A DNA stretch of 63,194 nucleotides, filler included, from Reclinomonas americana ATCC 50394 (Eukaryota): assembly GCA_048213135.1 (NCBI GenBank). It is 19 parts of 19 records of this genome, joined end to end, with 100 filler letters (N's around TTAATTAATTAA, not from the genome) between each part and the next. Parts side by side here need not be neighbours in the genome. Positions count along the whole stretch, not along the records: positions 33,290 to 36,471 come from AFZH01019140.1; positions 36,572 to 39,670 come from AFZH01019141.1; positions 39,771 to 41,241 come from AFZH01019142.1; positions 41,342 to 42,354 come from AFZH01019143.1; positions 42,455 to 43,686 come from AFZH01019144.1; positions 43,787 to 46,677 come from AFZH01019145.1; positions 46,778 to 50,662 come from AFZH01019146.1; 12 more parts are not named here. One strand, 5' to 3'. Of this stretch, positions 35,519 to 46,778 are shown piece after piece. The notes under the pieces were generated by a model, which did not search any database, had not been told where the DNA came from, and saw only the letters and a list, made by a program, of their open reading frames with translations. Each line of letters opens with the position of its first letter. Within the stretch, counting starts at the first letter, position 1. A program made the position numbers and the translations under genes.

Positions 35519-38500
35519 TCAGCGGGCCTCAGTCATGATACGCTCGATCTCGTCCACCTCCTTCGGCGCCGTCGTCAGGTTGATGTGGCCCGTGTCGGTG
35601 ATCACAATGTTGTCCTCGATGCGCACACCGCCCACGTAGTAGTACTGCTGGACCTTTTCGCGATTGATGAACTGTATCCGCGGCGGGGGGGTGAGTGACG
35701 ACGAGCCGCAGTCGCGAGGCAGGAGGAGGGCAGAGAGACAGAAAACAAAACCTTGCTGACATCGGGGTTGGCCATGGCCTCCTCGATCAGCGGATCAATG
35801 AAGTACAGGCCCGGCTCCACTGTCACCACCATGCCGGCCTGCAGAGTGCGACGCATGCGCAAGAAGCGGATGCCGGGCTCCTGAATGCGGTTCACACCCT
35901 GCACATCATCATCATCGTTGTTTACAACGCAGATGGTGAGCGACACTTGTGCCCACCACCCAGCAAACCCAAGGCACACACTGCACCTTGGGGTAGCCAC
36001 CTACATCGTGAGTATCGAGCCCCAGCATATGCCCGAGTCCTGTCAATCGCAGAAGACTGTGAGCACACCACGAATTCACGACACGACATGCGCGCATTCG
36101 AGACACACCGTGCGGGTAAAAGACAGCCTGCACGTGATTCTTCAAAATGTCCTCCAGCGAACCCGTCAACACACCCATGGCGATGAGGCCTTCGGCAATC
36201 ACACGCGCAGAGAGCCGGTGCATGTCCTCCCACAAGACACCGGCGCGTACCGCCTCGAGCACGGCATTTTGAGCGCGCAATACTGTCTCGTACACTTCCC
36301 GTTGTTCGCGAGTGAATCGGCCTGCGCGAGGAAAGGGGGTGAGAAGGAGAGCGAAGGGAGTGGAGGAGAAGAGGGAGAGAGAAGGGAAAGAGGAAGAGAG
36401 ACGGAAAAGAGGGAGTGCGGGAGGGAGAAAGAGAGGAGGAGAGAAGTAAGAGAGAGAGAGGAGAGAAGAAANNNNNNNNNNNNNNNNNNNNNNNNNNNNN
36501 NNNNNNNNNNNNNNNTTAATTAATTAANNNNNNNNNNNNNNNNNNNNNNNNNNNNNNNNNNNNNNNNNNNNAGAGGGAGAGAGGGAGGGGAGGGCGAGAG
36601 AGAGAGAAGGAGAGGAGGAAAAATAAGAAACGCACAGAGAGCCAATAGAAGGCGGTGAACGGAAGGGTACACAATGAAGACACATGGGAGACAGGAGAGA
36701 TAATGAGGAAACAGAGAGGAGGAGAAGCAAACTGAATCACCAAATTGTAACGGTGCCTTTGTTTTTCTTCATCTCCCAGTCACAGTCTCTGTCCCTCCTC
36801 TTCCAAACTCCGCACTCACCATTGGCAGGGAAACACCGTGTGATATCCGAATTGTACAACTGTCGCTCGGCACCGGCATCCACAAGTATCAAATCCCCGT
36901 CTTTGATTGGATTCCAACCACCTGTGTAGTGCAGAATTGCAGAGTTGCGGCCGGTGCCCACAATCGGATTGTACGCCTGAGCGATCATCGGGTAAGACGA
37001 ATGTGGCGAACAGAACTATGGCAAATGAAAGAAGAACATGGTGAAGAAAGAATGAAAAGGCAACGGTGCGTGACAACGCAATCAATAGAACCTACGGGCG
37101 GAGAGAAACAGAAATGAAGCAAAGGGAGAAGCGCACGCAGGACATATTCGAAAGGCAGTGGAGACGAGGTAATCAAGGGCACTGCAGTGAAAGACGACGA
37201 GAAGACAAAAAGAGCAGACGCAGAGCATGAACGAGTTGCGATGAGATAAGAGAAGAGAAAAGAGAAGAGAACAGTGAAAGCCAGAGGAGAAAGAACGAAT
37301 TGATAAATCGCAAGTTCTATATCACCACCACGACGCACCTGGAATCGGCAACCCTTCTTCGCTGTCTCCGCCACAAACACGCCCTCCAACTCAATTTCTG
37401 TCGTCCCCGGCCGCACGGCTCGCCACATCGCCACGTGTGCGTCACTACTGATCTTGTTGATCTCCGCCAATTCCTTGATCTCTGGCTCCTGCTTGATGAT
37501 GCGGCTCATCATGATGGCCGTCATGAAGTCCTCCGACACCTGCTCGAAGCCGGCCAACTCCGCCAACGCCGGCTGATACGGCAGCACATGAATGCGGCTG
37601 GGTGCGGCGTGGGCCAGGTACTCGGCCAGATTCTCCATGTGGCGCACGTCTTCTACGCCGTACTTGGCGCGCGACACCTCCACCGAGTCGCCGGGGCCGT
37701 GCCACACGGCGTCGGCAGGGTCCTCATTGGGCAGGAAAATGGTGGCGGTCGCCGCCTCTGAGATCTCAAAGGCCACACAGGCGCCGGCGGTCGCGATGCC
37801 CGAGAGGTACCTGGGGGTGGGAGAAGGTGAGAGATTGGAGGTCCGACGAAAGGCGTTGCTGACGAACGCCAAGAAGTGGAGATGGAAAATAGAGAAACGC
37901 AGCGGAGAGTGAGGCGGGAGGGTGAGCATGTAAGTGACAGGTCTGACGAAAAGAGACAACCCCGTCAAGAAGTGGAGATAGGCGACAGAGAACGATAGAG
38001 TGGAGAGTGTGAAACACGTCTGTGAGTGGCATAGCGAGTGACAAGTCTGACGAAAGGAGATTGGGGCGGAATAATCTGACACGTACCACGAAGCGGAGAT
38101 GGAAGACAGAGAGAAATAGAAATGCGAGGGGAGGGTGACAGAGAAGGGGAAGAGAGTATAATGAGGAATGGTGAGTTGAGTGATCAAGATTGAGACACAC
38201 ACTGACGAAAACACGGCAGAACAAAGCGACAGAGACACCGAGAATGCATTCCTCTCCCTTGCTCTTCTCCTCGTCCTCTCTTTCCCTCCCTTCTGTCTCC
38301 TCACCAGAACGCTGACTCCTGTCGGAACGGCCAGTGACTGTCGGTGCTGTAGCGATACTTCAGCTGAGCGCCGCAGACGACAGCGATTTCCCGCCCAGCT
38401 ACGCCACCCTCCAAGACGGTGGCCGCCACTCGCTTACGGTTGCCCGCGAAGAACGAAGTCGGAAAGTGCATGTTTTGTGGTGTAGTTGATGATTTTGACA

Positions 38501-38649
38501 AGATGTTGAACTCGGCAAGTCTGTGTGTTTGGCGACGACAACAACAACAAGAGTGTGTGAGTTGGTGTGTCTGTGACGAGGACAGCAACAACGCACGAGC
38601 GTGCGACAGTGTGAGAAGAGAGACAAGTGAACGAGCATGGCCATCTCAT
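35519..38649 (-). CDS. PEPD: Xaa-Pro dipeptidase (prolidase, M24B), spans one gap
   Basis: [86 protein letters not shown]. Confidence 0.93.
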
Positions 38650-39348
38650 GTCTCGCACACGCTCACGCATGTGTGCATGCACGGGTGCAAAACGAGCACG
38701 GAAGAGAAAGAGAGACAGAAGAGCGACAGAAGAGTGACGTGTGCTCTGCCTCACCGCTAGAACTTTACTTTGTTGGTGCGGACTCAGTTGACTGGGTGGA
38801 CTCAATATCGATTCCCGACAACTGCGTTGACGGCCGAGCTCAGCAGCGTCCGAGACAACAACATGAGCAGCAATCCGGATCCTGGCGACACGACACTACT
38901 GGCATGTTGTTCCTGTGTGCTCGAATTCGCGCAATCCGGCAACTGTGCAACGCTGCGGAGACAGCGCAAGGCGCACGTCGGCAATACAAGTCTCGGATAC
39001 TGTGATGACGGTCCGTGATGACAAGTAACAGACAAAATGACTTCCTCGTGAAAGACTCTGGTTGAAATTGCTGGGGAAATTCGAATTTGTTGGAGAAAAC
39101 ATGTGGTCCGTGCAGCTGAAGCATTGCACGACAATGATAACCGGAAGTAAAGATGGATCGCCACGACCTTGAAAAGGCTCGCTCGCTTCAGCGCTCGAAT
39201 TCCAACAAGCAGCGTAACCAATTACCCAATATCGGATCAATTTTTCTTTTGTTTAATCTGTTCCAGCGCTTGCAGCAGACAACCACCGTCTCTTCGCACG
39301 CGTCAGCTGAACAGCAAGTGTCTGGCTGCGTATGCCACTGGCTCTCAT

Positions 39349-39669
39349 CTTTGTCATGAGTGTGCAGTTTCGAAACTGGCGCCACCGAATATTGTTGTCT
39401 CTCGTCCCTTGTTGTGCAAGATGACCAAAAGCACAACGTAACTCACACGCACACGCACACACACAAACGCGCGCTCTATTCACACACACATAGAGGGGCG
39501 GACAAGGAATCTTCCTCTCCCCGCAGTAGACAGCAAAGAGAGGGCGCTCATCTCGATCCCATCATCAACTGGCAACAGCAGCCATTGTGTTTGCGACCAA
39601 ACCGCTGACCATCACACGTGCTCCCCCGACCCCTCCCCACAGCAGTGAGCGACACAAGACACACGTTCT
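39349..39669 (+). repeat. Duplicated upstream block U, copy 1 (partner 43382-43685)
   Basis: Shared CTTTGTCATGAGTGTGCAGTTTCGAAACTGGCGCC ... GACACAAGACACACGTTCT. Confidence 0.9.
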
Positions 39670-39771
39670 TNNNNNNNNNNNNNNNNNNNNNNNNNNNNNN
39701 NNNNNNNNNNNNNNTTAATTAATTAANNNNNNNNNNNNNNNNNNNNNNNNNNNNNNNNNNNNNNNNNNNNG

Positions 39772-40468
39772 AGTGTGCTGCCGTGTGCGTGTGTCTACAT
39801 AGAGAGCGGGTTCACATCCAACATGGAGTGAGGAGCGGGCGCGCACGCACATACACACCTGTAATGTGTACATCTTCAAATCGTTATTCCTTTGAATGGA
39901 ATGGATCCGGAGGAGAGCTGGCGCGCCTGGTGGGGCGTGGTGACACGCAGTGAGTGCATGACAAGGTGTGGTGCGAAGAGTGGTGGAACGACGGCGACAG
40001 GGAGAGAGTGGTGTGGAGAGTGTACATGGTGGGAGATCATGGTCGCGCACCTTCCCACTCGCCCTCTTCTCCTCGTGCGATGGAGAGGCACAGGCGTGCA
40101 CGAAAGCACACGCCGCACACAAGACCACCCTCCGCTGTCACCAGCCCACACTTCTTCTCACTCACAGAGGAGACAAATGGAGTTGCTCCCACCGAATCCC
40201 ATGGCCGAGCGCACCTTGCCGCGGTCATTACCTCTCTGTCTCCTCTCTTTGTCTCTCTGTCCCCTCCCTGCATTCTCTGGACAGAAGAAGAGAAAGTGAG
40301 GACGGATGAGAAACACAGACCCACAGTGAGAGACGGCTGCGCCACTCTCTCTGTCACACAAAAGGAGTTCATGTGTTGCCGGAAATTTAACTCATGCCTG
40401 CAGCTTTTTTACTCTCTGACTGGCCATGTTATCTCCATTTATGTGAGGTTGGTGTTGGTGACTGCTGC
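39772..40468 (+). repeat. Duplicated downstream block D, copy 1 (partner 44670-45374)
   Basis: About 700 nt, nearly identical to 44670-45374 with scattered substitutions and small indels. Confidence 0.95.
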
Positions 40469-41341
40469 GGTGTGTTCTGACACGTGATACACGTCATTAG
40501 CACCTGGCTGGTACCAGCAAGCCAGCTGCAGCCGCCCACCAGTGCGATTGGAGAATCATCAAGTCAGCCTTCTCCACTTGTCACTGCCCACTCTCGCACA
40601 GTCTCGTCGCAACTCTCACGCACATGCACAGCGCGCTGCTCGTCGAGAGTGACAGTGACAGACAGAGTCTCTGTCTGCCGCATCGCTGCATTCCGCTCTC
40701 GACATTGAAGTCGAACCAGACATTCGAATATTCGATGATTCGGATTCTCCGCTCTTCTCGTGCTGTTCCAGCGCAGTCGCCACATTGCTGCCGTGTGTAC
40801 AACGAATGCGGAGCTGGTCTCGTAGCACAGCCGGCATGAGTCTCTGGTAACTGAACTCCAATTCTGATGAATATCCACGAGCGACAACGACCGACCAAAG
40901 TTCAACACATCGAGATCCACACACACACGCACACGCACGCACACACATAAGAAAAGAGAATGAGAAAGCCCTCCCACTAGTCGTCGTCCTCCTCTCTGGA
41001 AGCAAAGGCAAGCACAACTCGTGGCGGACAGGTGATCAGCAACCTCGTGTTCACTGCTCTGTAACGCGACACACACACGGACTGGCATCAACAGCACGAG
41101 AGACGGTCGCGGCTGACACACAAGATGCCCCCTTCCCCCGCACATACACACACGAAAGAGGTCCGAGTCAGCTTGGTACCGATGTCACGAACCGGACTCA
41201 TCATCCCAAAAAACGAAAAGAGTCTCGCTGTCGCGACACGGNNNNNNNNNNNNNNNNNNNNNNNNNNNNNNNNNNNNNNNNNNNNTTAATTAATTAANNN
41301 NNNNNNNNNNNNNNNNNNNNNNNNNNNNNNNNNNNNNNNNN

Positions 41342-42354
41342 CTGGCGACAACCGTCAGCAAAATCAGCAACTGGTTCCAGAATGCGCGCTCGCGCGTCAG
41401 CAGAGAGCGTCGCAAGCAGCAAGAGCACGCGCTACTGGTTGCCGCGCGCCAGCGGATGCTCGCTCAGCAACATCAGCAGACGCAATCACATGAGGAACTC
41501 GCACCATCACAATCGAGTGTGTCGCCGTGGCAGCGAGGAGCGACAAAGACGAATCCGCCGGCAGATCCAACAGCAACCACAGCAACCACGACAACTGCCA
41601 TGCGCAAGAGACGTCGCTCACGGACTCCACCCACCGTGGCGTCGCGATGCAACACCAGCAGCTTGCCACTTGCGATTGGTGGCGGTGGTGGCGATGAGAC
41701 GTCGCCGCCGCACAAGAGACACAACGAGTCGCCAGGAATCGGAGCCAGAGGATGGCCAGTGCCAGTGCCGTTGCCAGTGCCAGTGCCAGCAGCAGTAGCA
41801 GTCAGTGTCGTGGATGGTGGCGGTGGTGTGCTGGACGAGTCGGCCGACGACATGAAGGCGGCGACCGCAGCATACGTGGCCGCTGCACTGGCGGCCCATC
41901 CAAGTTTGACCACGTCGCCAACACAGACAGCACGGCTGTGTATGGTGGAGGCCATGAGGCATCAGCTGCGCGCCGACGCCTTTCGCAGGCACGCCACTCA
42001 CCTGGCAGTGTCGCACCTGCAATCGACGGCAGTTGTGCAAGAACCGCATGCACACCATCACCAACTCGCGGAGTCCATTCCGCACATGCACCAGCTGTTG
42101 GCTGCCGTGGACAGTCGCAGAAGAAGCGGTGGCGACGGCATCGACGCCTCACTGCCGCCTCCAGTGCCTGTTGGAGGAGAGTCATCAATCGCTGCAAGTC
42201 TCGCAATCAATGGCGGTGGAGGTCGTCGCGCATACGATCCGACTGCTGCAGCGCCTGTGCAGCTGCTCCCGGCGCCACTGGCCTTGACGGCCTCCACACT
42301 TTCCGCGCAACAGCGACTTCAGCAACAACTACATCCAGTACACTCGTCAGTTTG
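41342..42354 (+). CDS. Homeodomain protein fragment (helix 3 ISNWFQNARSR), both ends in gaps
   Basis: The contig opens with LATTVSKISNWFQNARSRVSRERRK, in frame with the Q/P/A-rich ORF 41456-42354. Confidence 0.75.
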
Positions 42355-43381
42355 NNNNNNNNNNNNNNNNNNNNNNNNNNNNNNNNNNNNNNNNNNNNTT
42401 AATTAATTAANNNNNNNNNNNNNNNNNNNNNNNNNNNNNNNNNNNNNNNNNNNNTGTGTTGGAGGTCATGCTCACCGTGCCCACCACCGCCCACTCTCCT
42501 CGTTCTTCTGTGGATGGGAAGCACACACATGTCACACTATAGACTTGTCTCTCGCATCACCGTCTGTTGCTCTCGCGGTCGTGCTCTCATCGATCTGCAC
42601 AACGGTGATAGTGCAAGCATGCATGATCATTGTGTCCTCTCTCTTCTCTCTCATTGCTTTCCTTCTGCTGTGGGTGGAGGGTGGGCGCTTGCTTGCTGCA
42701 ACTACTGGTGCTCCACCACGTCAGTGGCGTCGACGGTGGCGGTGACTGTTGCTGTTTATGGCAACTCGCTGTCTTGCTGGAAATTTAACGGGGTACCCTC
42801 ACTGGTATCTCCTCCAATGCATGGTGGCCGGTGGTGAAGTGCTGCGCATGCGCTGTCCTCCTGGTTACGGTCGTCTTGCTCCCACGTACAAAACGCGAGT
42901 GTGATGGTGGGTCGTCGCAGTCGATCTGCGCTTTCGCATGTGCGTGTGATACTGGCCAGTTGCATATATAGATATCGGAAGTCAATAACAACAACAACAA
43001 CGACGACGACGACAACAACAACAACACCAGTGCACGCAGTGGCATGGTGCTCAGCCTCTTGAGTGAGTACCAGAAACAGAGACAAGTCACAGTTCCGGAC
43101 CAAGAATGTGCGATCATCGATCGCAAAACTGGTATCCAAGTGTAACATGCGGGATTGCAAGCACAGCCGCAGGCTTTGCTTGAGGTAGTCTGCTCACCGA
43201 CAGATGCCTGCCGTCCGCCAGGCGACCTCGAGAAGAGGGACGCAACAGTCTGCTTCCGACTCCTTCCAGTGGTTCGAAATTGAATTTCCCCCCTTCTTTT
43301 TCATCCATCACTCTCAACACTGGCATGCATGAGGCAGGCATCGTTTTCCCTCATCAGCAGAAGTGTGACACTGGAGTTCTC

Positions 43382-43685
43382 CTTTGTCATGAGTGTGCAG
43401 TTTCGAAACTGGCGCCGCCGAATATTCTCTCGCGTCCCTTGTTGTGCAAGATGACCAAAAGCACAACTCACACGCACGCACACGCACGCAAACGCGCGCT
43501 CTATTCACGCAGACAAGGGATCTTCCTCTCCCCGCAGTAGGCAGCAACGAGAGGGTGCCCATCTAGATCACCAGCTGTGGCGCCATCACCACCAGGTAAA
43601 AACGGCCATTGTGTTTGCTGACCATCACACGTTCCCCCCCCCTCCCTCCTCTCCACAGCCGTGAGTGACACAAGACACACGTTCT
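43382..43685 (+). repeat. Duplicated upstream block U, copy 2
   Basis: Direct repeat of 39349-39669. Confidence 0.9.
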
Positions 43686-43786
43686 GNNNNNNNNNNNNNN
43701 NNNNNNNNNNNNNNNNNNNNNNNNNNNNNNTTAATTAATTAANNNNNNNNNNNNNNNNNNNNNNNNNNNNNNNNNNNNNNNNNNNN

Positions 43787-44404
43787 CGGTCGGTGCCGGT
43801 GCCTGTTCCGTTGCCTGTGGCAGCAGGCCAGTCGGCCGACGAGATGAAGGCGGCGGCCGCAGCGTATGTGGCTGCCACGCTCGCGGCACATCCAAGTTTG
43901 ACCTCGTCGCCAACACTGACGGTGGGGGTGTGCGTTGCCGAGGCGATGCGGTACCAGCTGCGTGCCGACGCCTTCCGCAACCTCGCCGCTCGCCTCGTCA
44001 TGCCGTCGCAGCACGCGGCAACTGCCATGGACGTGGAAGAACCACGGCGTTCCCCGCAACACGCCACAGAGTCCATCCCGCACATGCACCAGCTGCTGGC
44101 GGCAGTGGAGAGTCGGAGAAGCGGCGGGCTTCCAACTCCTTCTTCACCTCCTGCTGCAAGAGTGCCATCTGTTGTTACCAGCGTAGATCTGAACGGAGAC
44201 GCTGGTGGACGGCATGCACATGAGCCAACAGCTGCGTCTACACAATCAGTCGCCACCTCCGAGCAGCAACAACAACAACAACAACAGCAACTACACCAAG
44301 TGGCACGTGGCCAGGCTCACGTCCACGCTGACTTGGATGCAGTAAATACACCAGCAGCCACACTGCCACAGCCTTCCTTGCTCCCATTTCCTATGTCGGA
44401 GTGA
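43787..44404 (+). CDS. Paralogue of the 41342 homeodomain gene, C-terminal part (homeodomain presumably in the gap)
   Basis: Shares SAD[DE]MKAA.AAYVAA.LAAHPSLT.SPT, EAMR[HY]QLRADAFR and ESIPHMHQLLAAV[DE]SRR with 41836-42125. Confidence 0.7.
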   Translation, partial: RSVPVPVPLPVAAGQSADEMKAAAAAYVAATLAAHPSLTSSPTLTVGVCVAEAMRYQLRADAFRNLAARLVMPSQHAATAMDVEEPRRSPQHATESIPHMHQLLAAVESRRSGGLPTPSSPPAARVPSVVTSVDLNGDAGGRHAHEPTAASTQSVATSEQQQQQQQQQLHQVARGQAHVHADLDAVNTPAATLPQPSLLPFPMSE

Positions 44405-44669
44405 GTGTGTGGCACAGAGAGAGAAAGGCAAGACCAGAAAGGGTAAGTGTACGAATATCGTAGCTTGAAGCGCATCTCTCTCTCAGAGGGTGAGGGCCAC
44501 TCACTCAGCTCTCGGGGAGAGGAGAAGGCGACAACAATGGACAAGCGCCAGCGAGTGGAAACACAAGAACTCGTCATCTTTCGTCTCTGTCTCTGTCGCG
44601 AGCAGACAGACGACCGACGATCGACGAAAACGAGCGAGGGAACAGAAGATCAGAGGAGAGGAGTGTTGC

Positions 44670-45374
44670 AGTGTGCTGCCGTGTGCGTGTGTCTACATAG
44701 AGAGCGGGTTCACATCCAACATGGAGTGAGGGGCGGGCGCGCACGCACATACACGCACCTGTAACGTGTACATCTTCAAATCGTTATTCCTTTGAATGGA
44801 ATGGATCCGGAGGAGAGCTGGCGCGCCTGGTGGGGCGTGGTGACACGCAGTGAGTGCATGACAAGGTGTGGTGCGAAGAGTGGTGGAACGACGGCGACAG
44901 GGAGAGAGTGGTGTGGCGAGTGTACAGTACATGGTGGGAGATCATGGTCGCGCACCTGGCCACTCGCCCTCTCCTCCAGGCGCGATGAAGAGGCACAGGC
45001 GTGCACGAAAGCACACGCCGCACACAAGACCACCCCCCGCTGTCACCAGCCCACACTTCTTCTCACTCACAGAGGAGACAAATGGAGTTGCTCCCACCGA
45101 ATCCCATGGCCGAGCGCACCTTGCCGCGGTCATTACCTCTCTGTCTCCTCTCTTTGTCTCTCTGTCCCCTCCCTGCATTCTCTGGATAGAAGAAGAGAAA
45201 GTGAGGACGGATGAGAAACACAGACCCACGGTGAGAGACGCCTGCGCCTCTCTCTCTGTCAACACAAAAGGAGTTCATGTGTTGCCGGAAATTTAACTCA
45301 TGCCTGCAGCTTTTTTACTCTCTGACTGGCCATGGTATCTCCATTTATGTGAGGTTGGTGTTAGTGACTGCTGC
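44670..45374 (+). repeat. Duplicated downstream block D, copy 2
   Basis: Direct repeat of 39772-40468. Confidence 0.95.
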
Positions 45375-45446
45375 CATGCGTTCTACTCTCACTCGGCAAG
45401 TTCTATAAAGCCAACTGACTCGCAATAATTGGCACGAAGCATTATT

Positions 45447-46676
45447 TTACAAGATAGTACAGTCCTTGCTCTGCTTCGCATCAGAGTAGTCAGCATCTAC
45501 AGGGCCGATGACTCGCTCCAGCAACATATGTTTCTCATGTCGGCGATATGCATGAATTGATTTTCCAAACGCTCGGACAGTTAGGTCAGGAGTCGGAAGC
45601 ACCTTTTCGAGCTCCGCTGGCTTTCTCGCAGGCTCCTCTTTGCCAGTTGCCAGAGACCAGACGCGCACTGTTTCGTCAGGATAGCCACGCGAAGCAACGA
45701 TGTGCTGACTATCGGGAGTGATTACCACGGAATCCACAGTTCCAGTATGGTCCACCATGGCCAGCCGTCGCAACTCCGCGCCGCTCGCCAACGACCACAC
45801 TCGCACAGTCTTGTCCCAACTCGCACTCACAATATGTTGACTGTCGCGAGAGACAGCGACAGAGCAGACTGCATCAACGTGACCCTCCAACCGTCGTACT
45901 TCTTTTCCACCGGAAACTGACCAGAGTCGCACTGTTTTGTCATAACTGCCACTCACAACGTGTTGACCGTCGACACAGATGGCGACAGACAAAACACCAT
46001 CCGTATGTCCCTCAAGTTGCCGTACTTGTTTTCCACTCGCCAGCGACCATACTCGCACTGTCTTGTCCCAACTACCACTCGCGATGTGGTGCCCAGACGG
46101 AGTGACGGTGACCGATCGCACCGATCCAGTGTGTCCCTCCAGTCGGCGTATTTCCTCTCCGCTGGAGACAGACCACACTCGAACTGTCTTGTCATCACTC
46201 CCACTCACTATGAGCTGGTTATCTGAAGTGGTGGTGACAGAATTCACTGCTCGAGTGTGCCCCTCCAACCGTCGCACTTCTTCGCCTCTCTCCAGTGACC
46301 ACACTCGCACTGCTTGCTGCGCACCTCCGCCACCGTTCGATGCAGCTTGCCTATCGAGACGGGCGCAGCTAGCTATAGACTCAGACGGTTCATCGTCATG
46401 GTGCACGACTTCTCCGCTCACCACTGACCATACTCGAAGCGTCTTGTCAGCTCCACCGCTCACGATGTATTTGCCGTCAGGAGTGACAATAATAGCATTC
46501 AGCACGTCGGTGTGCCCATCAAACAATCGCACATTTCTGCCACTTGTCAGTGACCACAGCCGCACCGTCAAGTCAGCACCACCACTGACAGCAAACTGAC
46601 CATCAGGAGTAACAACTACAGACGTTACCCCTTCTGCATGTCCATCCAGTTGTCGCAATTCTTCTCTTCTCGCCAC
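45447..46676 (-). CDS. High-identity WD40 repeat array ending in CaaX (CTIL); probable 3' part of the NACHT gene
   Basis: Single open frame with about eight GH...SG..DKTVRVWS repeats. Ends AKQSKDCTIL-TAA. Confidence 0.85.
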   Translation of the reverse strand: MARREELRQLDGHAEGVTSVVVTPDGQFAVSGGADLTVRLWSLTSGRNVRLFDGHTDVLNAIIVTPDGKYIVSGGADKTLRVWSVVSGEVVHHDDEPSESIASCARLDRQAASNGGGGAQQAVRVWSLERGEEVRRLEGHTRAVNSVTTTSDNQLIVSGSDDKTVRVWSVSSGEEIRRLEGHTGSVRSVTVTPSGHHIASGSWDKTVRVWSLASGKQVRQLEGHTDGVLSVAICVDGQHVVSGSYDKTVRLWSVSGGKEVRRLEGHVDAVCSVAVSRDSQHIVSASWDKTVRVWSLASGAELRRLAMVDHTGTVDSVVITPDSQHIVASRGYPDETVRVWSLATGKEEPARKPAELEKVLPTPDLTVRAFGKSIHAYRRHEKHMLLERVIGPVDADYSDAKQSKDCTIL

Positions 46677-46778
46677 ANNNNNNNNNNNNNNNNNNNNNNN
46701 NNNNNNNNNNNNNNNNNNNNNTTAATTAATTAANNNNNNNNNNNNNNNNNNNNNNNNNNNNNNNNNNNNNNNNNNNNA

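Noticed and set aside
39772..40468. 700-nt direct repeats as LTRs of a retroelement
   Set aside because: There is no gag/pol between them, no PBS/PPT and no TG..CA ends. They duplicate together with the homeobox gene and block U.
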